Source of the DNA: the human T2T-CHM13v2.0 reference genome, Homo sapiens
Length of the DNA stretch: 64,000 nucleotides
Reading direction: 5' to 3' (one strand)
NCBI RefSeq assembly: GCF_009914755.1
Contig: NC_060927.1
This document shows, in pieces, positions 27,743-42,665 of the stretch; the stretch's first letter is position 1; every line of letters begins with the position of its first letter. The translations under genes and the position numbers were made by a program. Below the pieces are notes generated by a model. That model did no database searches, was not told the origin of the DNA, and was given only the letters and a program-made list of their open reading frames with translations.

Positions 27743-30319
27743 TTAGTATTTCTACTAGCTGCAGAATAGCCCATCATATATTTCACCATAATATACTTTA
27801 TCAATCTTTTATTATTAGGCATTTAAGTTGTTGCCAGCTTTTTGTTTTGGTTTTGTTTTTGTTTTGCTTTCTTTCTTTTTTTTTTCTTTCTTCTCTTTTT
27901 TTCTACCATTAATGAATTTGTTTCCTCCTTTTTAAAGTGCTCTGACATCTCAAGACGGACTTTCCTAAAGTATCAGTGTTGTGATATTGTGTAATTTAAC
28001 CTCTCTGAGCCGTTTTCTCATATGTGAAACAGGGTTCACAGTGCCTGCTTCATGTGTATCTGAGGGTTAGACATAAAATAGTAAAATGCCTGGCACTTAG
28101 TAGATGCTCAAAAACAGTAACTTTTAATTTCAGAATACAGATTACTTGGAAATTACTTGGCCTTATTTAACATGGAAGTAGATAACATTTGCTGCCTACG
28201 AGAGATGGCTGTTTTATTCCTCGTATCAGAAGAGGCCTCGTTCTGGTCTTTCATTCATGCTAGAGAACATTTCAGTTGAAAATGCATTTTCCCAACATTA
28301 AGATCCTATAATTCCAAATTTAATTACATGAAAGTGGTCATTAGTGAAGGAAATGGACACTGATGTAGAATTAGAACCAACAGCCGTCTGAGGAATGCAA
28401 GTATTTATAGCTCTCTGGAGATTCGGGTTAGGATACAGGGGCGATGTTTCTCCAAAGAAAAGCTGGTGAGTGATAGTTTCCCTTTTCTATTAGTTGCCTA
28501 AGTCAGTGAGGAGATTCTGTGGCTATGTGGTGCCACAGAATGGCCGGTGTGCTTACCAGCCATCATGTGAACATGTACAGATGGAAGGGTCCAGAACTAG
28601 TCTTAGAAGAGCAAGCAGAAAAAAGAAAGTATGCATAAGATTAGGAGGAGAAAACCCAGAGAGGGTCATTCACACTCCAACTACCTTTGGAGCTGCCTTC
28701 ATCAGCTTCTGCTGAGGAAGCCGAACACCTGAGTCCTGTAAGGTGGGGATCAGGACAGGATATAAAGAGACATAATGTCCTCCCCAGTCCTCTCTTTGGC
28801 ATATAGTTGGAAACTACCCATAACTTCTCTGGGCACATAACTACTGGAGGGTCAGCTTTTCTATCTCTCTCCTGTATTTATTCCGCCCAACCTCAGTTCA
28901 CCAAGACCTCCTTCCTTTTGCAGTTTTCTGCTCTTTCACTCTTCTGGTTAACACCTTATTAATGTCCAGGTAGCAAAAGTATTTTCCATATATAAGACAG
29001 GGAGATTCTACTAAGTGTTTCTTGAGGTCCCTTCCAATGCTCTGTGTATTCCACATTTCTATTTATACATTGTGACTTAATGATCCAAGCACTTGATATC
29101 TGTTAGAAGACCTAGTTTTTATTTGCATCACTTAATGTAGGGGTCGTGAACCATAAAATGCCCTCAGGAGCCAAAAAGAAACATAAGTGAGTGAAGTAGT
29201 GCAGATAAAAAGCAATAGAGAATACTGGGGACTGCAGCAAACTAGAAAGTGTGTGCCCTGGCTGACGGGGACAGCAGCTACTCAGCACCAGCCTATTGGT
29301 GCCATGAAATTTACAGAACTATTATTGCCTGATCATCAATGAATGAATGAATGAATGAATGTGTGCATGAACATGTAACTCTTTTTTCTCTACCTTATGT
29401 AGTTATAAAAATCATTTATAGTCATTGTGTGTGTGTGATGATTTTTGTTGGACCAGCATTATTTGCTAAAATATAGCATTGTATTTTCATAACAAATATT
29501 GTGAGGCAGAAACTTTTCCTTTTGTTTCTTTTTTTGTGTTTTTAAGTAGTAATAGGCATTTCTGTAACTCAAGGTAAATATCAAACTGGAACAGTCAGTA
29601 GGGAAAAGAAGGGAAAGGAGCAGAGTTTGCCGGATGGGAAAACTATTTTACAATTTACAAGGAGTAGCAGTACTTCATTTTAACCTAACTGAACACATTT
29701 TATAGCGACACCATCACACGTGCAGTACATCTAAAGCTTACCCAAACCTCAATTGTTCTCACATTGTTTCTTCATGACAGATTCTCAGAAAAATGAAATG
29801 TGTTTTTAGATACTTGAGTAGTTACAATCCATATTTTATGTTTCATCACTTTTGAAATTCTCATGAAACAGAAAAAGATATAGTATAAAAATATAGGCAA
29901 TTATTCATTATATATAAAATCTTTGAATCATGCATCAAAGATCCTTTAAAATAAATGGAAATAATGTATTTTAATGACCCAGCCACAAACTAGTTGGGGA
30001 TATTGAGTAATGAATGGCATAGCAGGACCAATGGCTCTCGAGCCACACTGGTTGTAGGCAGATAATGAGCAATGCATGTTCGAAGTCCCTGGCATATGGG
30101 ACATTCCCTTTCATTCTGTTTCCTAAGGAAAGCCATACAATTGCCTTAAAATTATAAGCAAGTATAGGAGGCATATTTCCTTTAAAATTATATTGCCAGA
30201 TACAGAAAGGATCTAATAAATTCAAACCTCATGTTAAGTGTAGTATAAGGGAAAGGCCACTGGATTCTAAAATCAGAAGTCCAGCCTGTAGCCTCTTGCT
30301 TCGTGACCCTGTACCAGTT

Positions 30320-30795
30320 ACCTATTGCCACAATGATGATGCGTAATTTTTTTAAAAAGCCATCCACGTCAGTAGCATACGATGATGAAGTTTTGCTTCT
30401 CCTTAGGATCCTATAGGTCAGCTGGGTGGTTCTGTTCTGAGCTGGGCTTGGACAGGCTTATTCAGTCATCTCCGGTCAGCGAGGTGGCTGGGCTCTCACA
30501 CGTGTCTAGGGCTTCAGTTGAGACAACTGCCGGTTGAGCTCTGTGCTACGAAGTTACACCGCCAGCAGGCTAGCCTGGACCTGTTCTGAGGGTGGTGGCA
30601 GGGCTCCCTGAGGGGGAAACTGGAATACCATCACTTCCTCTGCATTCTACTGGCAAAGACAAGTTCCAAGGCCAGCCCAGGGCTAGGGAAATAGACTCCA
30701 CTTCTCAATGGGAGAAGCTGCAGGGTCACATTACAGAGGAGATGGGTATAAGGAGAGGAAGAATTGAGATCATTTTTATAAAGAGGTTGTCACAG
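30320..30795. mobile_element. MLT1-like (ERVL-MaLR) LTR relic
   Basis: ggtcagctgggtggttctg...cagcaggctagcctgg...tcacttcctctgcattcta...aaggccagcccag...gggaaatagactccacttctcaatgggagaagctgca. Confidence 0.6.
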
Positions 30796-32940
30796 GTCTG
30801 TGGCAAGTCATTTGACTTCTCTGAGTAACTATATCTTGCCTGTAATCCACAGGTGATTATACAGCCCCGGGAGAGAATGTAAGTGAACATACTTTAAAAT
30901 TCAATGCAACAGTTCAAGTAAAGTGAACCAAAGTGCTGTGGACAGGGGGATAAAAATCTTACCAATGAATCTTGAACATTTATACGTAGATACTAGTGGT
31001 CTAAGCAGGTGCTGGGAGATTCCCATTCCTAAAATCAAGTAGAAAAGCAAGTAGAAAATCAAGAAAAAAGCAAGTAGTTCCAGGCTTCAGAGCTGGCCTC
31101 AGACCAGCCCAATCCCGGTCACTACAACCCAAAGCCAAGAACAAAGGCCCAATTCATAATGACCACTGCTCCTCTAGAAGTCACCAGCAAACTTTAGGGC
31201 CATGACATTGTTTCTCTCAGGGAATAAACTGCTCTTGTCCCTGTATTTTGAAAGAAATGTTACCTTTATATAAAATCATATTACCACTTGGCTGAGTTTT
31301 TGAGATATTCTATTCATACTTAAAAACTTTTCGTCTCTGCCATCCTCTCAACTCCTGTGCATATTTTAATAGTATCCCTGGTAACAGTAGTTGGAAGTCA
31401 GCACCAGTGTTTTCTAAATAACAGCCTTCCTCACTATAAATGCCAAGCAGACGTGGTTGCTGTGCAGCCTCCCGACCAAGTGCCCTCCTGCTCCTGGCCA
31501 GTAGGCACTGTCACACTGAGGCCACTCCTGCTCACACTGAGATGTCCAGAAGACATACTTAGTCTTTATCTCTCCATGTTTCCGGGCATTCTCCGTCAAG
31601 GACACTTTCTTTCCAGACCCCTGGTGCTCCCTGCCAGTAGCTCCGGGCAGCAGCGTTGTTTTTAATTGCCTTGTGGTGTGTAAGGGAGAAGAGCTTTCTG
31701 GGATAACCAAGACAGACCTTTCAGAAATGAAATCGACAGGCAAGGCTGACTTCCAGCAGCCTTTGTACAGTGCTCTGCTAAATGCCACTTGAAACATCAA
31801 GTAACCTTGAATTGGATACCTTGAAATTATATCTCTAATTAACAAGATGAGGATCGTGTTCTGTTTTCACCTCAGACTGTGCTTGAGAGATCTAGGTAAA
31901 TTAGGCACCCTGCAGCCTGAATTTTGCAAGACTGGTTATGAGGGCAGCCAGATGCACTGCAGTGTGAGGGACAGAGGCCCGGGGAACTGTGGTTTTCAGA
32001 TGTGAGCCTCAAGAACAGCCATGTCTCCCAGGGTGGGCAGGGTCCTGGAACAGGGGTTATCTGTTCTTCCACCCTGGGCACAGAGGCCTTCAGCAGCACC
32101 AGGTGGCCCCACTCATCCATTCAGGCTGCTTGGGAGCTGTGGTTGAGTTTCACCGAGAGCTGACTTCATCTTAAAACCCGCTTAAAGGCTAAAAGCAAAC
32201 AAATCCTTCTTGAAACCTGAGCTCGTTTTAAGATGTCTTTACTAAAATCCCCTCTGAACCATTAGCTGTTATGTCATATAATTTCCTTTTCCTGAGAGTA
32301 ACATTCTTGGTGATTACCACTATAAGGAATTATGTCTCACCCTATAAGAAGCTCTCTTCAGTTTCCTATGGGGATAATGTGGTACTAAGGCGATTTTCTG
32401 AATTTCTACCTGCGGCGTTTTTTGATTTTACGCAGACTACTAAATCTCCCCCAACTTTTTTTTTTCTTTCCTTTCCTGAGTTAGACTATATGGGATGTTT
32501 AAGTCTGGGTTAATCCTTCAAAAAGAAGTCAGCGTGGCCGCAGAACAACAGAATTTATGATCAGACTTTCTTCTGAGTGAAAATACATATATCTGGACAT
32601 TGTAAACTTTATTTTGCTTTGTGTTTTGTATTGCGGGTTATTTTACATTTTTATAATCTGTGTATCCAGTAGCCAGACCCTTCTTCTCAAGACTTTATTC
32701 AATAAATAGAAAATGCTACATAATCCTAGATTCAAATTAGGGTTTGTCTTTAAAATGTGTCTGTTTTTAATTTGCTAACAGCTTTTTTCCCACCATCTTC
32801 CAATCCATAGAACTTGAGTATTATTATTAAAAGGGGGTTGATTTTATTTTTTTAGACCGACAGACATTAAAATTTCTAAACCTGCATGGAATCAAAGGGT
32901 AACCTGAACATATTAGATTTCTCCAGGAAAAAAATATATA

Positions 32941-32949
32941 TGTGTGTCT

Positions 32950-32997
<48 letters not shown>

Positions 32998-33012
32998 ATG
33001 TATGTATGTATA
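32941..33012. repeat. (TG)20 microsatellite with TATG flank
   Basis: Pure TG run at 32955-32994. Confidence 0.96.
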
Positions 33013-34811
33013 TCCAATGGATAAAAGTAAAAAGGTGGCAAATCCCAGCTCAGTAGAAGAACAAACTGCCTAATAGACCATGTGTTGTCTCAGAGAGTTG
33101 ATTCTACATCAGGGATTATTGTGACAGGACAAGCAGTATTAGAGTAAGTGACTTTAGAGAGTCATTTCACCTCTAAAATTCTGTTCCTTTTGTTTAGACT
33201 TTCAGTAAATAGAGAATGGAGAGCAACTCACATGTACAGGTCACTTGCCCTGCACTAAGCTCTGAATGAACTATTTTAATCCTTCCTGCATAACACTGGG
33301 TTTGCTACTATTCAACCCATTTTATCGATGAGGAAAACTGAGGGTCATAGAGCTTTTGTAATGTGCCTGGAGAAAGAAGTAAGGATTCAGAACCTAAGTT
33401 CAGCTCACTCCAAGCATCTTCAGATGATCAGAGTGGGGTGTGTTGCTTTCTAACCCCTAGTTCTGGGCCTGGCTCCCCCTTGCCTGTGCCATGAGGGTAG
33501 GGAGCAAATAGAGCTGGGCAGATTGAGGGAATGGCTGCATTTTCTTACAGGGGTTGTAAGCTGGGATTTTCAGTAATTACAGAATTTAACAATAGGTGGC
33601 AGTGCATACCCATAACAATTATGGTTCCCGTGTTAAATCAGATTTTCTTTTTCTGGGTTCTGTGTTGTTTTCAATAAAAGAATCACTTTAAATGAGTGAT
33701 CTGATCAATTTCTACAAAGCATTCCTACCATTGGAATTGAAAAGTCAAATCTCAGGTAAGTTGTTCTTGGCATTTCTTCCTATGGCAGTAATAATGCCAG
33801 AGAAATTCAGCATCCTCTGCCCTAAACCTGGCTTAGGTCAGCTTCCTTGGGATCTTTTCTTGCGTAGGAACCTCCTTTTGCCTTTTCTTTCCCTAAGCTT
33901 ACACAGAGACTGGGGCTACTAGAGATGCTAGGAAAACTACTTCTTTAAAAATGCTTTATCACCAAACAGTATTGAAATGTGTTCAACTTCAAAAGAAGGT
34001 TAGAACAAAAAGTTGGCTGTGCAGCCTGGCCTGCGAGTGGCAGCTACACGGCCAGGTTACCCTTTGTGACTGTGCTTCCAAAAACATCAGCCCTGGAGCT
34101 TCAGGATTCACCACACATATAATGGCTTCCCAAAGGTCTCTGTCCCTGAGGTTCTGTGTGCAGGAGGTGGTCTGCAGAACCTTGCTGTGTTCTAAGGCTG
34201 CACCTTACTGCCTGGGTTTGGGGCTTCCTTACATTTTTTTAAGTGTGAACCTGTGGTGTTTTCCTTCCTTAATGATATAAATGAGCTCCCTTGGTTGGCT
34301 TTTGGCAACTGCCTTAAAGATTTCCTTCAGATGACCCTATTCTGTCTATTTGGGAGAAAAGGAGTCTTTCTTCAGAGAGCTGTGGCCTTGGGATGCTGGC
34401 TCCAGTGAGAGAGTCTTTGATTGTCCCCCTGGGACGGGTTCTCTAGATGACACCACGCAGCCTTATTTGCCCGAGGACCCCATTCATCTTGATTGACAGG
34501 ACTGTAAACTCAAAGACTCAACACATTTTTATTGTGCACCAACTATCTGTTTGGTATTGTGCTGGGTGCTCTAACATGGGGCCTTAAATTATTTTTCACT
34601 TACCATGAAACTGGCGAGGAAAAAACTCACAGAACATTGGAAAATCCTCTACTAAGAGTTATTTATATGTGGAGAGTAATATTGGTTGCTCATTTCTCCA
34701 TGTGAAGAACACATAAGACTACTTTCTGTTAGCAAAATCAGACAGTTCTATTGGCTGAAGCCAAATAACAAACAGCTAAGTAGAACTAGTGTCCTGTTTG
34801 TTTCTGCCCAG

Positions 34812-34929
34812 ACTGCAGAGTGGGATGAACTTGCAGATATGCTTTGTCAACGACAGTGGCAGTGATAAGGACAGTGATGCTGATGACAGTAAGACTGAAA
34901 CCAGCTTGGACACCCCCTTGTCTCCCATG
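34812..34929 (+). CDS. SCHIP1: SCHIP1 coding exon ([40 protein letters not shown])
   Basis: Acceptor tttctgcccag|A, donor ATG|gtgagt; 118 nt, phase 2 to 0. Confidence 0.96.
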
Positions 34930-35167
34930 GTGAGTCCAAACAGCACCAGCTGAAGCTCGGTGTTGTGATTTCCGGGCCATTTAGCTTCTTTTCTGTTGTA
35001 AGGTGAATCAGGAACAAACATTTCAGAGATTAAAGAAGAAAAGTTTCTTGGAATTGCATGCTCCTAAAATTTGACAATGATTAAAAAGTCAAAGTTGTAA
35101 TAAAATAGAGATATATAAGCTTTCTTAAAGTTAATAACTATTTTCATATTAAACCATTAGAGAAATC

Positions 35168-35362
35168 ACCAGCCTGGGCAACATGGCAAAACCCTGTCTC
35201 TATAAAAAAATACAAACATTAGCTGATCATGGTGCCTATAGTCCCAGCTACTCAGGAGGCTGAGGCGGGAGGATCAGCTGAGCCCAGGAGTTCAAGGCTG
35301 CAGTGAGCTATGATGACACCTCTGCACTCCAGCCGGGGCAACATAGTGAGACCCTGTCTCTA
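35168..35362 (+). mobile_element. 5'-truncated AluJ
   Basis: ccagcctgggcaacatggc...gagcccaggagttcaaggctgcagtgagctatgat...gagaccctgtctct. Confidence 0.85.
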
Positions 35363-35373
35363 ACGAGAGAGAG

Positions 35374-35697
35374 TGTATTAGTTCATTTTCATGTTGCCGA
35401 TAAAGACATATCCAAGACTGGGCAATTTACAAAAGAAAGAGGTTTAATGGACTTACAGTTCCACATGGCTAATGAGGCCTTGCAATCATGGCGGAAGGCA
35501 AGGAGGAGCAAGTCACGTCTTACATTTTTAAAACCATCATATCTGGTGAGACTCATTCACTATCACAAGAACAGTACAGGAAAGACCCACCCCCATAATT
35601 CAATTACCTCCCACTGGGTTCCTGCCACGACACATGGGAATTGTGGGAGTTACAATTCAGGATGAGATTTGGGTGGGTACACAGCCAAACCATATCA
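35374..35697 (-). mobile_element. THE1 (THE1B-like) solo LTR
   Basis: TG...CA termini; the reverse complement starts tgatatggtttggctgtg; 5-bp TSD gagag on both sides. Confidence 0.88.
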
Positions 35698-36312
35698 GAG
35701 AGAGAGAGAGAAATTAGATATGCTCTAAAAATTATAAAGAGAAAATAAGCTAAATCCAGTTCTTCCCTATTGGGCTTAGAAATATTAGCTCATGTCTTTC
35801 CTTCCCATTACAGAAGTTGGCTGAATAATCATGGGTGCCTGTTGCTGGAATTCTTTCCTCTCTGTGAGGTCTGTCTATAGCCTTTTTTACCAAAGACCAA
35901 CAAAGAGGAAACTGTTGTCGTTGAGTGCAGTGCGACATCAGAACATCACTGGATACATGAGATCCTGTCCACGCAAAGAACCTACGTAGGGCCTTGGCTT
36001 CGAGTCAATATTTTGTTATGTCTGTTCACTTCAGGAAAGTTTTGAGGCCAAGAATCAAAGACATATTTCAAGGTTGTTGTAAATATATTTCCCATTATTA
36101 ACTATACTGCTCTCTCTGTTTATGCTAAAATCTATTTTAAACTAGACCCTTTTTCTGTTACTTGAGATTTATCAACTCAAGTAGCAAGTCACATTGAGGG
36201 AGGGAACTCTGAGCTGCTCTGAGAGAAGGCTCAGAGGATGTTGTAGCCCATCTCTAAGTGGATGCTAGCTGGCATGCATGGAAGGCTCAGGCTGCTCTTT
36301 TTCCCTTTGCAG

Positions 36313-36510
36313 AGCAAACAGAGTTCTTCCTATTCTGATAGAGACACTACTGAAGAGGAGTCTGAATCCTTGGATGACATGGACTTCCTTACAAGGCAAA
36401 AGAAATTGCAAGCTGAAGCCAAAATGGCCCTTGCCATGGCCAAACCAATGGCCAAAATGCAAGTAGAAGTGGAGAAACAGAACAGGAAAAAGTCTCCCGT
36501 CGCTGATCTT
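36313..36510 (+). CDS. SCHIP1: SCHIP1 coding exon ([16 protein letters not shown]...KKSPVADL)
   Basis: Acceptor ccctttgcag|AGC, donor CTT|gtaagc; 198 nt, phase 0 to 0. Confidence 0.96.
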
Positions 36511-36879
36511 GTAAGCAGCAAAGGCTGAAATGCAAGGAAGTGTTTGGGAGCCAGAAATGGTTGACACTGTCCCAGTCCTTTCCCAGAATTATGCAAACTT
36601 GTGTTTCTCTAAGGCGGTTTGTAAAAAGTCCTGTCATTGAGAAATGATTAAGTTTGTTTCTTTTTCCTTCCTACTGTAGGACTGAAAAATACAGAAGCAA
36701 TAGATTTCACAAAAGTAAAGTTTGCTGTTGATTGATGTCTACTGTTTCTTAGCAACAATATTAGCTGCCACGGGAATATTTAAATTCCTTTGAAGCGATC
36801 TCAATCTAAGAACCTATTGGTCTTGGCAAACTTACTATTGCTATAATTGTCATTCTCATATTTCAATAAAGACAATATC

Positions 36880-37100
36880 ACATAGTGAATAGGAGTCCTG
36901 GACTTTGGAGTTTAAGTCTAGCTCTGCCATTGACCTGCTATGAAGTTCTAAGCAAGTTACTTAAGTCTCAGTTTTCTCATCTATAAAATGGGGATGATAA
37001 TGCCTGTGTCAGAGTATGATTGTGAGGATTCAGTGAGATAAAGTATTCAAAGCACATAGCACAGTGCTTGTAGCATGGTATAAATTATTAAATAGTAGCT
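36880..37100 (+). mobile_element. MIR SINE
   Basis: ggactttggagt...gcaagttacttaa...tctcagttttctcatctataaaatggggat...gtgaggatt. Confidence 0.8.
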
Positions 37101-37424
37101 GATACTAATTTTTTCCATGTCATTGATATTATTGATGTTCCTTGATAATTCATTTGTGGCTATAACATTGACTCACAACCCATATTAAAGACGAGTCAAA
37201 AAGCTTTTGATGCTGGTAGTGTTGTGTTTTGATGCCAGTTGCATATTAGGTAATGTAGTGTGGATGTAGGGCCCCACATTGGGAAAGACACAGACTGGGA
37301 AAGCTTTTAATCACTGAATTGCAGTGGGTGGGTGAGTGGGTCTTTTAAGAGAAAACTGGGTCTTAACGTTCAGTGTGTTTGTGGCTCTGTTCACTCCTCC
37401 ATTTCTTCTCCTTTGTATCTTCAG

Positions 37425-37548
37425 CTGCCACACATGCCTCATATAAGTGAATGCTTGATGAAAAGAAGTTTAAAACCCACCGACCTGAGAGACATGACTA
37501 TTGGGCAGCTACAAGTGATAGTCAATGATCTCCATTCCCAGATAGAAA
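37425..37548 (+). CDS. SCHIP1: SCHIP1 coding exon ([15 protein letters not shown]...DLHSQIE-S)
   Basis: Acceptor tatcttcag|CTG, donor GAAA|gtaagt; 124 nt, phase 0 to 1. Confidence 0.96.
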
Positions 37549-38224
37549 GTAAGTGTAAGATATGCTTGAAAATAGGATATTCAATGTAAAACATTATGGG
37601 ATAATGCTGCTTCCTTGGTCCAACTTTTTCATACAACATTTCATTGGGTTCCTGTGTGATTGCAAGGAAAATAAGAGAATCACAAGGCTCTTTTTTGTTG
37701 CTGTTGTTTTAGCTGTAAAATGTTCAGAAGCTTTAAGAATTTTTCAAGATTCACAATAGTTATAGGTCCCTTCTATTTATTTTAAATCCCCAGCTCCTAG
37801 CACAGTGCATGTACCTGACTTACAACACCTGTTTCTGGAACACAGTTCAGTAGTTACAAGTCATTTGCTATACAAGTATACTTTCTACTTTAGTTGTATA
37901 CACATTCATCGTAGGTATCATCATCATCAATAAAATCAAATTAGACACATTTCCTAGGACTCCAGGTGGTGGAGTATGTGGAACCAATATGTGAAAATTA
38001 CAGGGTGACAAAATACAGACTTTTCTTCCCAGAATAAAGAAAGACCTCTAACAGAAGTGGCCACAGGGAGTGGTGAGTGGTGCTCACTCAAGGTGATTGG
38101 TCATGCAGAGAATAGGCAGTTAGTTGCTTGTCCTGATGAAAGAGAGAACATTCTCACTTAGGCAGTGTGGTTAAGCCGATAAATTCACAATCTCTTCAGC
38201 TCCTGGGAGGAATGAGTCTGTATA

Positions 38225-38980
<756 letters not shown>

Positions 38981-39693
38981 TTAAGGGTTCAGATATGTAG
39001 ACACTCTACTAAGTGACAGTATAAAAGGCTACACAAGAGCACACTGGAAAAAATGAAATTTTTCCACAAGATCCAAATAAAAAAAATTGGACATATTCAG
39101 TGCCAAGTTAACACATTGAATATTGTTTTAAAATTAAGAGAAAGGGTCAAACATTTTGATTAAGAAACCATAGATTCACAGGATTTTTTAAAAAAATTCT
39201 ACAACTGCATTTTAATTTTAGTTGAAAATTAATTACTAGAGTTGCTATTCTTTCAAGGACTAAAAGCACTTTCTGATATTTTACCACTAAAACATCTTCC
39301 TTAGACTTTTAAACACTGAAATTGCCATCTAGTCCTTTTCAGGAATAGATGAAATTTTAGACCTCTTTGTGTGATTTTTTTTTTTGGGGGGCTCTCTTTT
39401 TAAAAATGGAAACTAGTTTGACCTAAAGGCAGATAAATGCATCATTTGAAGTCAGGATATCTAAAAGCATTTCCAAGGGGGACCTGTCTGATCACCCCCA
39501 TTCTATCTTTTGTTTCCCTGCCCAGAGCTCTTGCTAAATGGGTACTCTCTTCCATGTGTCTGGGCCTAGCAGCTGTAATGCTTAGCTTCTCTGAGGGAAA
39601 AAGCAAGAGAGAGCCTTTGCTTGTTCATGTTTTTCAGTGGCAGGAGCCCAATTAACCCAGTGCACTGATTTCAGGAAGATTAGATATATTTCG

Positions 39694-40052
<359 letters not shown>

Positions 40053-40701
40053 CTATAGATTTCATTCCTGGTATAAGTCTTAAGTAATATTTTCCTTGGC
40101 ACCCTGTTGTTTAGAAATTTCAGGGGTTATTTCTTCAGGTCTTGCACATCTAACTATATTACAAATCTGACTTTCCAATATCTTCAGATAATACTTTCTC
40201 CTAAAACAATCTGCACATAGGGCTTCTCCTTTCCTAGGGCCATGTGAAGGCATTGAGCATCCCTGACATACCTTCCTTTTCAGCTGGGCATCTAATGTAG
40301 TAGTCAGGCTCCGAGGGGCCCCTCCTGACTGTCAGCGTGGCAGGAGCACCCTGAAGCTGAAGGGTGGAAAACTTAATGTGCTCCAGGCTTTGCTGTTCAC
40401 ATTTTTTCTTCAAAACAAAACCTGCTTTTTCTAACAAGCTGTTCTCCTAACAGCTAACAATTTCTTTTCCCACCTTAATATGAAGGTAATTGGAAATAGT
40501 TCGTACTTTACTCCTTTTCTTCCCACACCTCTATAATTATGCAAACTAGACACGTTTCTGCAACATACGATGTCTAACCTTTTACAAAAATATCTTTCCT
40601 ATTATGGGTAGCTGTTTGTGTGTATACTGGTTGGTAACTAGTTTACATTCTGACTTGGAGGCAGTTTTATCTGTTTTTAAATGTTCTGTTATTTGCCACA
40701 G

Positions 40702-40795
40702 GCTTGAATGAAGAGTTGGTCCAGCTGCTTCTCATCCGAGATGAGCTGCACACAGAGCAGGATGCCATGCTGGTGGACATTGAAGACTTGACCAG
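40702..40795 (+). CDS. SCHIP1: SCHIP1 coding exon ([32 protein letters not shown]), coiled coil
   Basis: Acceptor ttgccacag|GC, donor AG|gtcagt; 94 nt, phase 1 to 2. Confidence 0.96.
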
Positions 40796-42665
40796 GTCAG
40801 TGTGGCTTCACTCTTGCCAAAGAAGAAAAGCCCAGGGTGGTCTGAAATCTAAGAATTAGGCAAAAACTAGCTCAAGAGAACTTCTTCCTCTACTTCCATA
40901 AATAACTCACCTAGCCTTTTCTGGTGCCAGCTGTTCAGATGGAGGGGAAGCAGAATTCCATTGTCCTTACCAAATGCATGCTTTTTAGCAACCATCCCCC
41001 CCTTGTGATGAATTGTCAGTGCATTACTTCTCACATCTCCGCCTAAATCAGGTCTAGTTCTGGTTTTGGAGGACTTTACCTTGAAGGACTGTCCCCTGGG
41101 AAGCTGGGCATAAGCCATGTCATGCTGGCATGTTTCCAGCACAAGCAGCCATGTGATGAGTTCTCCAAAGCACAAGCTCTTGTATGATCCAGTTCTTGAT
41201 CGCCTCTGCCATGCCCAGAAGGCAGGGACACTGGCATCTCTCTACAGCCACAGTGCCACCAGATTGTTCTCACCATGGGGAAACTCCAGGACTTGAGTTT
41301 TTAGCTGGGCTTTGCTCCAACTGCCTCTTTGTAAAGAGGTAAAAAGAATGCTTCCCTCCCTAGGGGACAAGGAAACTAGGCTAATGCTGGTCAAAATTTT
41401 GCACTTCTTTGTAGATTTCCTTGCAGGAAAGCATGTCACTGTAAGTATATAAAGTACCTGGAATACTGTAAACATTCCTATGAGCACATATTTACTATGG
41501 CATCTTTTCTGAGACAGTCCATATGGAATCTTTAAACCAACAGACAGTAATTGCTATTAATCCCAGAAACAGTATTTAGAGAGTAGAAGGCTCTCCAAAG
41601 AAGGAACACCTCTTGGCACAATGATGTAAGGAGTTAACCACATGGTCTACAACAATCCCAGAGAAGCTCGAAAACATATGTAGTGATAATAATGCTCCCA
41701 GCACCTACCATAGACCTCATCTCAATGTGTAATGCTGGGTAAAATAATTGTCTAATGCTGCAATGATATAAAAAATAGTTTTGGTAGCAAAATAAATGCT
41801 GGAAAAATATGTTTAAGCTTTCTTTTTTAAGACTTACGGGCAGCACTGTTTTGTATGTTTTACATATTATATTGCCTTATCCCTAGCCAAAAACAAAACA
41901 AAACAGTAAGCCTTCTCATACTCTTTGAACATATTTGCCTGCATCTGAAATATCACAATAACACTCAAATAATATTATTGCCATCTAAAGATGTATTCAG
42001 GCACTACACCACCAGCAATTATAAAACATCCCTTTTTTGTTAGTTTAAGAAGTTTGCATGCAGGTGTTAAGATTATGGGAAATCGGTGGTGAAATATACA
42101 ATCAGGGCCTACATTTTTTTAAAAAAATATATAAATTCTTGTAAACTATGATTTACCTGTGACAGCAGAGATCTTTTCTCTGTCTCTCAGAATAGTATTG
42201 TCATTTCTTTTTTGGCAAGAAGAAGAGGCCCCTCCTCTTCTCTCTAAGTGTTAGGCTAATACTTAGGTTTGCAGTGTATGTTTTTATAACTTTCAGATGG
42301 TGTGACCATCGGAAACAGGGCAGGCAAAACCATGGAGTTAAAAGGAGAGGAGTCACTAATTTAAAGGTGTTGGAGGCATTCTTTGAATTGGAGCAGTCCT
42401 ACCATGGGCCCCAGGGGCATGATGTCCTTGCCTAGCCTGCCTCTTGGTGGGAAGAAGCTTCTACATCTGCTCTTGGCTGCAGAAAAGTAACTTTCCTCAT
42501 TGGAGGGACCTGAGGATACTTAAACATCCCTAAAGGCAGCAGCCCCAGAGTCCTGCAGCCAGATCTCAGAAGGCGGAGGGGGTGGCTGTGGGGACTGCTG
42601 GGACATGTGGTCCACCTCTTCCCTTTACCTGTACAACTCCTACTATTCCAGATGTCCATTCAAAT

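Noticed and set aside
32405-32520. Acceptor-like ttttttgattttacgcag as a possible hidden exon
   Set aside because: No convincing downstream donor, and the sequence runs into a T-rich tract; cannot be supported from sequence alone.
36262-37589. ORF-track entries 36262-36528 and 37332-37589 as stand-alone proteins
   Set aside because: They are SCHIP1 exons with flanking intron read in frame; the overlapping minus-strand ORFs are shadows of the coding exons.
41117-41140. Double CATG motif resembling a p53 response element
   Set aside because: The CATG cores are 4 nt apart rather than the 6 needed for adjacent RRRCWWGYYY half-sites.
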